From NCBI GenBank assembly GCA_024639205.1, contig JAHEIV010000001.1:1-38024 (forward strand): DNA of 38,024 nucleotides, in the 5' to 3' direction. Below the pieces are notes generated by a model, which was not told the DNA's origin, made no database searches, and saw nothing but the letters and a program-made list of their open reading frames with translations. This document shows positions 1 to 6,793 of this stretch, one piece after another (position 1 is the first letter of the stretch; each line of letters opens with the position of its first letter). The translations under genes were made by a program, and so were the position numbers. Source of the DNA: Deltaproteobacteria bacterium. GTDB lineage: Bacteria; Desulfobacterota; Desulfobacteria; Desulfobacterales; SG8-13.

Positions 1-107
1 GCCGTTTCCACGACGAATCCGGCATCCTCGATGCATGCGGCCAGAAAGTTGCGAACATCCGGTTCGTCATCGACCACCAGGATCCGTTTTTCCGATGCAT
101 GTGCCAT
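1..107 (-). CDS. response regulator receiver domain protein, N-terminal fragment (continues beyond window start)
   Basis: Reverse-strand ATG at 107 is preceded by GGAGAG (revcomp of 108-117). It translates MAHASEKRILVVDDEPDVRNFLAACIEDAGFVVETA, a typical CheY-like receiver N-terminus with the DD acidic pair. It is too short for the ORF track because it runs off the edge. Confidence 0.6.
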   Translation of the reverse strand, partial: MAHASEKRILVVDDEPDVRNFLAACIEDAGFVVET

Positions 108-117
108 GTGACTCTCC

Positions 118-795
118 TTATGCTCTGGTTTCGGCGGGCTGCCCGTTGTGTTTCAGTTTGGACATGGCTTTGGCGAACTCCAGCATGACACCCATTCCTT
201 CCCTGAACTCTCCATTGAAGGTGGCGGCGGCCAATCGCAAGGGGCCGGCCTTTCGGGCCTTTTCGAGGTCCACTTGTCCCGGCAACGCCGCCAGCCTCTT
301 CATCATGACCAGCGCCTTGGGATCGGAAAAGCTCTTGAAAAGCTCCAGCAGAGCGACGGCGCCATCCCCGATTTTGTCCACGTCTTCAGGAGAGTAGACA
401 TCGGCCACCTTGGCACGGACATCCAGCGTGGCTTTGATGATACGGAAGACACCGCGCTGCTCGAGCCCGTCCAGATGCTCGATAATCTGGGGAACCGCGG
501 ATTTGAGCAGCGGTTCGATGTCGCCCGCGAATTCGATCATGTTGTTCATCATCTTGAGTGCCCAGATAAAGTTCTGGATACTCCGGGCGGTCATTTTTGC
601 CAGGTACGTCAGATCCTCCAGGGTAAACCCGGATTCGATCTCCTGCAGTTCGTCCATCAACAGTTTGACGGCGTTGTTGCTCAAGGGTATCATATCCTCC
701 TTGAGCTCCTCCATCGCCGAACGGGACTTCAGGATCGGATCGATTTTTTCCTCGATACGATCCAGCCGCTGGAGAATGAGTTCTTCATTGGTCAT
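118..795 (-). CDS. DUF1641 domain-containing protein
   Basis: ORF 118..819(-). The preferred start is ATG at 795 (MTNEELILQRL), preceded by GGAGGG (revcomp of 801-807). The helical protein has a C-terminal GPLRLAAATFNGEFREGMGVMLEFAKAM segment resembling DUF1641. It sits 10 nt downstream of an FAD oxidoreductase, the usual DUF1641 partner. Confidence 0.7.
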   Translation of the reverse strand: MTNEELILQRLDRIEEKIDPILKSRSAMEELKEDMIPLSNNAVKLLMDELQEIESGFTLEDLTYLAKMTARSIQNFIWALKMMNNMIEFAGDIEPLLKSAVPQIIEHLDGLEQRGVFRIIKATLDVRAKVADVYSPEDVDKIGDGAVALLELFKSFSDPKALVMMKRLAALPGQVDLEKARKAGPLRLAAATFNGEFREGMGVMLEFAKAMSKLKHNGQPAETRA

Positions 796-805
796 CTTTG
801 CCCTC

Positions 806-2059
806 CTATTCGACTTCAACCTTCGGCCAGGTCTTTCCTGCCATGGTCATCTGGGGTTCAAGGGGCAGATCTTCGCCGGGCAGCAGAAGGTTCCAGTAGA
901 CCCATTTGAACATCATCTTTCCCCAGTAGTTGATATAACTTTCACCGACCAGTTCGAAGGGCCCCAGACCGGGAAAGGGGTATTTGCCAGGCAGTGGTTC
1001 GGTCTTGTAATTGAAGTCGATGAGATAGGCCTTGTCGAATCCGGAAACGATAAAACAGGTGGAATGACCGTCGAAGCCCGGTTTGGGTTCCTGCCCGTCG
1101 ATCTCCAGGAGGATGTTTTCGACGATGATCTCCGCTTCGTAGTGGGCTACCGAACCGGCTTTGGAGGTGGGAACGTTGGTGGCGTCGCCGACCACATAGA
1201 TGCGTTCCCATTTTTCGGCCTGGAGGGTGTGGTTGTTCGTAAGGACATAGCCCATGCCGTCGCCCATTTCGGATTCTTCCACGTATTCGGCCCCCAGATT
1301 TGGCATGGTGGATATCAACAGATCAAACTCCGCTGAACCCCCACTGGCAGATTCCATTACCCCTTTTTCCGTGTCGACCGAGGACAGATGAAAATCGGTG
1401 GTGACCTTTATGCCCTTCTCCACGGCGGCTGTGCCCAGCACATTGGTGGCAATGGGTTTGGTGAAAATACCGGTGTTGGGGGTGATAAACTCGATTTCTG
1501 TCTTTTCCCGAACCCCCAGTTCCCTGGCATACCAATCGAGCATGAAGATAAATTCGATGGGCACCACCGGGCATTTGTGCGGCATTTCGGCGATATTGAA
1601 GACCACTTTGCCGCCCCGGAAATATTTCATTTTTTTGCGCAGCGCCACCGCGCTTTCAAGGGTAAAGAAGGTGTGAACATTTTGCTTGGGGTCCGGTGTC
1701 CATTCTTCCAGCCCTTCGACCTCGTTAGCAGCGATCCGGCATCCCGAGGCGATAATCAGCCAGTCATAACTGTATTTTCCTTTTTGACATACGACTTTCC
1801 GCGCATCCGGGTCGACGTTTACGACCTCGTCGAGAATAAAATTAACGCCTTTGGGAATAAATTCGCGCTTGGGCTTCATACAGTCCTCGGCAGTGTAGAT
1901 ACCGAAAGGAATGAAGAGCCAACCGGGCTGATAATGATGCATCTCATCTTTGTCGATAATGGTGATCTGCCATTCACTCGGACTCAGCTCCTTTCTCAAT
2001 TTATTGGCACAGATGGTGCCACCGGCACCTGAACCTAAAATGACAATTTTCTTCATCAA
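806..2059 (-). CDS. FAD-dependent pyridine nucleotide-disulfide oxidoreductase, sulfide:quinone oxidoreductase (SQR)-like
   Basis: 417 aa ORF. It has an N-terminal Rossmann motif (KIVILGSGAGGT) and a second dinucleotide-binding region (VVGDATNVPTSKAGS). Cysteines in HKCPVVP and GHSTCFI contexts resemble SQR-family redox cysteines. Length fits the SQR/NDH-2-like family. Confidence 0.8.
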   Translation of the reverse strand: MMKKIVILGSGAGGTICANKLRKELSPSEWQITIIDKDEMHHYQPGWLFIPFGIYTAEDCMKPKREFIPKGVNFILDEVVNVDPDARKVVCQKGKYSYDWLIIASGCRIAANEVEGLEEWTPDPKQNVHTFFTLESAVALRKKMKYFRGGKVVFNIAEMPHKCPVVPIEFIFMLDWYARELGVREKTEIEFITPNTGIFTKPIATNVLGTAAVEKGIKVTTDFHLSSVDTEKGVMESASGGSAEFDLLISTMPNLGAEYVEESEMGDGMGYVLTNNHTLQAEKWERIYVVGDATNVPTSKAGSVAHYEAEIIVENILLEIDGQEPKPGFDGHSTCFIVSGFDKAYLIDFNYKTEPLPGKYPFPGLGPFELVGESYINYWGKMMFKWVYWNLLLPGEDLPLEPQMTMAGKTWPKVEVE

Positions 2060-2222
2060 ACGCTCCTTTCAGTGTTTACATTGAATCAGACTGCCAGTTA
2101 TGTTTCCGTCACTCGGGATCACTCGAAAATGCGGAGGTGCGTGGGTTGTTGAACCGATTTAGGATGTTGTGCCCTTTTTCCGGGTGCACGGGTTCGCCTG
2201 CTCGAAAATTGGGGGTTGAAAA

Positions 2223-2249
2223 CTATACAAATTTAATCTATACAATTTT
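2223..2249. repeat. AT-rich direct repeat CTATACAA(A)TTT x2 in a divergent intergenic region
   Basis: CTATACAAATTT (2223-2234) and CTATACAATTTT (2238-2249) have starts 15 nt apart. They lie between the divergently transcribed SQR-like gene and the response regulator gene. Candidate transcription-factor site. Confidence 0.25.
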
Positions 2250-2431
2250 AGTCGGATATTAGATGGTTGCCAGCCCTGTTGTCAAGAGAAAAATACCCCC
2301 TATTTTTGTGGTTTTTATCCTTTTTTGGGGTATACCGGTCGGCAGGTTTGACGCAAGGTTGAAAAACAAGCCTCGGCAGTAAAAGGAGGCCGACCCGATA
2401 GACAGCCCGACCTCTTTGCAAGGATTGTTCG

Positions 2432-2854
2432 ATGCCGAAAAACATCATGATCATTGACGATGAAGAAGACATCCGAACTTACTTAATGGCGGTACTTGAG
2501 GATAACGGTTTCCAGACATGCACGCCGGCGCAAGAAGAAAACGTTATGCATGCGCTGCAACGCGAGCAACCGGACCTGGTGCTGCTCGACATCATGATGC
2601 CGCGGCGATCCGGTATCTCCATCTTCCGGGACCTCCGCAACACGGCGCAAATCGAGCATGTCCCCGTGGCGTTGATCAGTGGCATCGAAAAAGCGACCGG
2701 CTTTTTCAACGGCGAAATCGGAGCCCTGCCGGATGGCACGGATCTGCGACCGCCGGACGGATTTATCGAAAAACCCATCCGGATCGAGCAGTTACTCGAG
2801 GTTGTTGAAAAAATACTCGAGACCAAAGGAGATACGCGTGAGCTTAGCGATTGA
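2432..2854 (+). CDS. single-domain response regulator (CheY-like receiver)
   Basis: 140 aa. It has IMIIDDEEDIR, LVLLDIMMP (phospho-acceptor Asp), VALISG and EKP(K) receiver signatures and no output domain. Confidence 0.9.
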   Translation: MPKNIMIIDDEEDIRTYLMAVLEDNGFQTCTPAQEENVMHALQREQPDLVLLDIMMPRRSGISIFRDLRNTAQIEHVPVALISGIEKATGFFNGEIGALPDGTDLRPPDGFIEKPIRIEQLLEVVEKILETKGDTRELSD

Positions 2855-4670
2855 AGATCTGAACGTGTGGATCAAGGAAAAACTCTTTGACGCCGTTCCC
2901 ATGGGGATCGCGGTGATCGATCACGATTTCAATCTGGTCCGGGCCAACCGGGCTTTCGAACAGATGTTCGGGCAATGGCAAGGCCGAAAGTGCTACCGGG
3001 TCTATAAGAGCCGTGAAGACATGTGTCCGCAGTGCAAGGGCGCCGAGGCCTTTCAGGATGGAATCCCTCGCGTCAACGAAGAAGTCGGCTACAACAAGAA
3101 CGGAATATTCACCCGCTATATCAAGCACACCATGCCCATCGTGGACAGCAGCGGTGATATTCCCTACCTGCTTGAAATGTGCACCGACATCACTGAAACC
3201 GATCAAATCCGAAGAGAGCACCAGCTTCTTTTCGATCAGGTTCCCTGCAATATACTGCTGATCGACCGGGATTTCAGGATCGTCAAGACCAATGCCAAGC
3301 TCAAGCAAATGCTTGGCGAGCTTGAAGGCGGCTACTGTTTCAGAGGGCTCAAGGGGCTGGACAGCCGGTGCCGGGAGTGCACTGCCAGACAAACCTTTGA
3401 AGACGGCCAGCTGCACACGGGTCATCACGTGTGGAAGATCAAAGATGGTCGAACCGTCCACCTGCATGTCATTACGGTGCCCTTGCGGCTGCACGACGGT
3501 AGCTTCGATATGGTCATGGAAATGGCCGTGGATGTCACCGAGACCATCCGGTTGCAGAGCGGACTGAATTTTGCACACACCTTTCTGGAGACCCTTATTG
3601 CCACTTCCATGGACGGTATTATCGCCGTCGATGATCAGGCCAACATTTCCGTGTTCAACTCGGCCGCCCGGCAGCTGTTCGGCTTTAAAGCCGATCAGCG
3701 CATTGTTTTGGACGACATCATGAACCTGCTGCCAAAAGGCATATCGGATCTGACCGATTTCCCCTCCCGCGATCTCTATCTGCCGGAAACGAGCATCCAG
3801 ACCACCGGTGGTCAGGAGCGGCCGGTGCGCCTGGTCGGCAACAAACTGATGATGGAAGAAGAATCTTTGGGTATGGCCCTTTCGATACAGGATTTGAGCG
3901 AAATCAAAAAGTTGCAGAACGAAAAACTCGAGGCCGAGCGCCTCGCCGTGGTGGGACAGACGGTAGCCGGATTGGCCCACGGAATCAAGAATTTAACCAC
4001 GGCGCTCGAGGGTGGAATGTATATGCTCAATACCGGCCTTAGAAAGAGTAATCTCGGCCGGGTTGAAAAAGGAATTGACATGCTTTCCCGCAACATCGAG
4101 CGTATCGGGATTTTCGTCAAAGCCTTTCTCGGTTTTTCCCGCGGAAGAGTAATCAAGGCGGCGCTGAGCAAACCGGAAGAAATTTCAAAAGAAGTGGTCA
4201 ACATGTACGCTTCCAGGGCCAAAAGCCATGGCATTATTATGCGCCACGAAAGAACCGGCGACTTAGAACTTGCGCCCATCGACTACGAGAGTATGCTCGA
4301 GTGCCTGACGAATCTGGTCGGCAATGCCATCGACGCGTGTATCGTGAGCGACAGCAACAGCAACCTGCATGTAACCGTGCGGTCGTTCGAAGAAGATAAT
4401 GTTATTATCTACGAAGTTGCCGACAACGGCTGTGGTATGGACTACGAGGTCAAGAAGAAGGTGTTCACCAACTTCTTCACCACCAAGGGGTTGGGCGGGT
4501 CCGGCCTGGGCTTGCTCATGACCAAAAAAATCATTCAGGAGCACGGCGGCCGAATCGAATATGAGTCTGAAGCAGGGCAGGGAACGGTTTTTCGAATTCG
4601 ATTACCGCGAAATCGCCTGCCACAGCCTCCCGATGACACTGAAACGGTTGCAGCAACCGCCGGTGGATGA
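2838..4670 (+). CDS. PAS-domain sensor histidine kinase (three PAS-like repeats, two of them Cys-rich)
   Basis: Same frame as ORF 2679..4670. The likely start is GTG 2838, preceded by AAAGGAGA, overlapping the response regulator stop by 17 nt. It has a His box (VAGLAHGIKNLTTAL) and ATPase N, G1 and G2 boxes (NLVGNAIDA, DNGCGM, GLGGSGLGL). Confidence 0.9.
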   Translation: MSLAIEDLNVWIKEKLFDAVPMGIAVIDHDFNLVRANRAFEQMFGQWQGRKCYRVYKSREDMCPQCKGAEAFQDGIPRVNEEVGYNKNGIFTRYIKHTMPIVDSSGDIPYLLEMCTDITETDQIRREHQLLFDQVPCNILLIDRDFRIVKTNAKLKQMLGELEGGYCFRGLKGLDSRCRECTARQTFEDGQLHTGHHVWKIKDGRTVHLHVITVPLRLHDGSFDMVMEMAVDVTETIRLQSGLNFAHTFLETLIATSMDGIIAVDDQANISVFNSAARQLFGFKADQRIVLDDIMNLLPKGISDLTDFPSRDLYLPETSIQTTGGQERPVRLVGNKLMMEEESLGMALSIQDLSEIKKLQNEKLEAERLAVVGQTVAGLAHGIKNLTTALEGGMYMLNTGLRKSNLGRVEKGIDMLSRNIERIGIFVKAFLGFSRGRVIKAALSKPEEISKEVVNMYASRAKSHGIIMRHERTGDLELAPIDYESMLECLTNLVGNAIDACIVSDSNSNLHVTVRSFEEDNVIIYEVADNGCGMDYEVKKKVFTNFFTTKGLGGSGLGLLMTKKIIQEHGGRIEYESEAGQGTVFRIRLPRNRLPQPPDDTETVAATAGG

Positions 4671-4732
4671 TCTTTTGGCGATCTGATCTGTGCCGCTGCG
4701 CAGCGGCATGTCAATCAGGAGAATAACGAGAC

Positions 4733-4969
4733 ATGAATTTGCTGGATATCATGAAGGCCCAACGCAAAGGCGGAAAGCCGCCGACGTTGAAAAAGCGACG
4801 ATGGAAAGCCGAGGAACAGCAACGATTGTCCAAAGAACTCTGTGTGACGTGTGGAAAACAGCCTGCCCAGCCTTCGAGTTACCGCTGTGCTGCCTGTGAG
4901 GGCGAAACCTCCATCGAAGATATCCGCTCTGAAATTGAACGCATAAGGGCGCGCATACTGGGCAAATAA
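4733..4969 (+). CDS. small zinc-ribbon-like protein (hypothetical)
   Basis: 78 aa. AGGAG lies upstream of the ATG. It has a basic N-terminus and a CVTC...x13...CAAC pair of CxxC motifs. It is co-oriented with, and 62 nt downstream of, the kinase gene. Confidence 0.55.
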   Translation: MNLLDIMKAQRKGGKPPTLKKRRWKAEEQQRLSKELCVTCGKQPAQPSSYRCAACEGETSIEDIRSEIERIRARILGK

Positions 4970-4994
4970 CCCCTGAGCCGAAAAGAATATTGTC

Positions 4995-5192
4995 ATGTCC
5001 AATGCGTATCTCGTAAAATGTCATCGATACATCACCCATGAAATCGAACGGGCCGAAGAGCTGAGAAGGAAAGCCGAATCTCGCGGTGACAGGCTGCAGG
5101 CTTCTTTTCATGCAGGACAATTGGAAGAGCTTACAGCCCTGCGGGGATATATGTCCGTACATTTCAACCTGACGACGCAGCGCTATTATTGA
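4995..5192 (+). CDS. small hypothetical protein (weak paralog of the next gene)
   Basis: 65 aa ORF, 25 nt after the previous stop. It shares MSxxYL...Y(I/V)xxxI and AGQL(E/D)xL motifs with ORF 5233..5496. Confidence 0.45.
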   Translation: MSNAYLVKCHRYITHEIERAEELRRKAESRGDRLQASFHAGQLEELTALRGYMSVHFNLTTQRYY

Positions 5193-5232
5193 ACCCAACA
5201 GGCAATCGCCATCAGCGCACCCGAAGGCAGCC

Positions 5233-5496
5233 ATGTCTCACAACTACCTATTGGATCTGAGCAAATATGTCGATACCCGCATCACCGCATTGACCGCCGG
5301 ATCGAAGCAAAGGGTCGAGGCACCGGAAGAGCGTCGTCGGACCGCAGGCCAACTTGATGCGCTCAAGGGGTTTCAGTCGCTGTTGTGGCAGAATTTTTTC
5401 CCCAAGCTTCCCAACCGCCTCTACCGTCGTTTGTCGGCGGCCGCAGGTGCGGCCTCACCACCCGAAGAGCGGGATGACAGCGCGGATGCTTACTAA
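5233..5496 (+). CDS. small hypothetical protein (weak paralog of the previous gene)
   Basis: 87 aa ORF. GAAGG lies upstream of the ATG. It shows by-eye similarity to ORF 4995..5192 and has a low-complexity Ala/Pro/acidic tail. Confidence 0.45.
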   Translation: MSHNYLLDLSKYVDTRITALTAGSKQRVEAPEERRRTAGQLDALKGFQSLLWQNFFPKLPNRLYRRLSAAAGAASPPEERDDSADAY

Positions 5497-5551
5497 TGAT
5501 ATTTGACAGTTATCCATTGAATCGGAACCCCATCGAACAGATAGGATTGAT

Positions 5552-6031
5552 ATGCTGATTACCAAAAAACATCAGTATGCCCTGCGCGCCATTTTCGAGC
5601 TGGGCAAACGCTACGAGCACGGACCGATAAAAATAGCGAACATTGCTCATGCCCAGGCCATCCCCGAGCGGTTTCTGGAAAATATACTGGCGGAACTCAA
5701 GAAGGGAGGCTTCGTGAAAGCCAAGCGGGGATTCAACGGGGGGTATGAACTGATCCCGCGTCCCGACAGGTTTTTAGTGGGCGATCTGATGCGCTTTCTC
5801 ACGCGTGACCTCAAGCCGGTGGAATGCATGGCGCCCATTCCCGAAGCCGACTGCCCCTTTCAGGGCAAATGCGCTTTTTTTCCCATGTGGCGGCAAGTCA
5901 AAGATGCGATCTTCAAAGTCTACGATGCCACCAGCATACAGGACCTGCTCGACTGCGAACAGGAGGATGGTCGATATCCCCTGAATGTAAATCACTCCAC
6001 GTCAAAGGCGCTAATGGCTAAAAATTCATAG
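5552..6031 (+). CDS. Rrf2 family transcriptional regulator (probable Fe-S binding)
   Basis: 159 aa. The N-terminus is a winged helix typical of Rrf2/IscR/NsrR proteins (MLITKKHQYALRAIFELG...ERFLENILAELKKGGFVKAKRGFNGGY). It also has a three-Cys cluster, C-x8-C-x5-C (VECMAPIPEADCPFQGKC). Confidence 0.9.
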   Translation: MLITKKHQYALRAIFELGKRYEHGPIKIANIAHAQAIPERFLENILAELKKGGFVKAKRGFNGGYELIPRPDRFLVGDLMRFLTRDLKPVECMAPIPEADCPFQGKCAFFPMWRQVKDAIFKVYDATSIQDLLDCEQEDGRYPLNVNHSTSKALMAKNS

Positions 6032-6177
6032 CGCCCGTATCCGTCCGGTGGCAAATGAACCGAAAAACGAAGTCTCCGCGCCGCATGCTCATCGAACCTT
6101 CCGGATTCGATTACGCGCTTCGGACAGGTTGACCATCTTTACAATCTGACGACTTTCTTCTATGGTCCTGAATCAGA

Positions 6178-6416
6178 ATGAAACTGGCCTCGCTAAACAT
6201 TGAAGGTACCGAAATCGCAACCATCGAGGTTTCCAACGGCTACCGGCCGTGCCGGTGTCTTTTTTCTCCCAGGTGATGACACTGCTGCCCGGTGACATTA
6301 TTTCCACCGGCACACCGGCAACGGTGTCTACCCAGCACGGTGATATCGTCGAATGCCACATCGACGGATTTGAACCGCTGGAAAAGCCGGTAGTTGATTT
6401 GAAAGCCGACCGGTGA
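6178..6416 (+). pseudogene. fumarylacetoacetate hydrolase (FAH) family gene remnant with an internal deletion and frameshift
   Basis: ATG 6178 gives MKLASLNIEGTEIATIEVSNGY, an FAH-family-like N-terminus, then stops at TGA 6274-6276. A different frame (6273..6416) reads VMTLLPGDIISTGTPATVSTQHGDIVECHIDGFEPLEKPV, the conserved C-terminal PGD-x-I-x-TGTP region of FAH enzymes. Together these cover only about 80 aa, against more than 200 aa for intact members. Confidence 0.55.
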
Positions 6417-6793
6417 AATCGTAATAGCAAAACGGTTCGGCTATCGACTCCGGACCTGCTAGATCCAACCCGCTTTTCATCACCAGATACACGGGATAAT
6501 TCTCAGCGAACCGCAACCCCCTGCCATTCTCCTGATTAATATCATTTTCGGGCCATTCGCTTCTGCTTGGTTTCCGTGCCGTTTTCCTCTATAATAAATG
6601 GATGGTTCCGTCGATCATCTGGTTGCTGGAAATTCAACTCATATTGACCGGCGAGATCCGGACACGGGAAAAAGGCTATTCGAAGGGAGAGGCCGCGGAT
6701 ACCCGTTTCGGAGCCATTCGAACATTTGGTCAAGCCAGTGAAACCTGATTGAACCCGATTGCCTGGGAATCCAAACCCTGAAAGGGACATCTC

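Noticed and set aside
148-1336. Long plus-strand ORFs (148..909, 410..1336) opposite the DUF1641 and SQR-like genes
   Set aside because: They are antisense to ORFs with recognisable domains and RBS-supported starts. Their products are low-complexity, Arg/Gly/Ser-rich, with no motifs. This is typical shadow-ORF behaviour in moderately GC-rich DNA.
2184-2199. Possible sigma54 -24/-12 element (GGCGAACCCGTGCA on the minus strand) upstream of the SQR-like gene
   Set aside because: The GG-to-GC spacing is one nucleotide short of the TGGCAC-N5-TTGC consensus, and the flanking bases do not match.
2991-3035. Heme-c attachment in the Cys-rich PAS domains (as in periplasmic heme-c PAS sensors)
   Set aside because: The CxxC pairs are followed by K, T and T, not His. 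There is no CxxCH motif, and the domains are predicted to be cytoplasmic.
2844-3980. 378-aa minus-strand ORF inside the PAS histidine kinase gene
   Set aside because: It is antisense to a kinase with clear PAS, H-box and ATPase motifs. It has no recognisable domains and no RBS.
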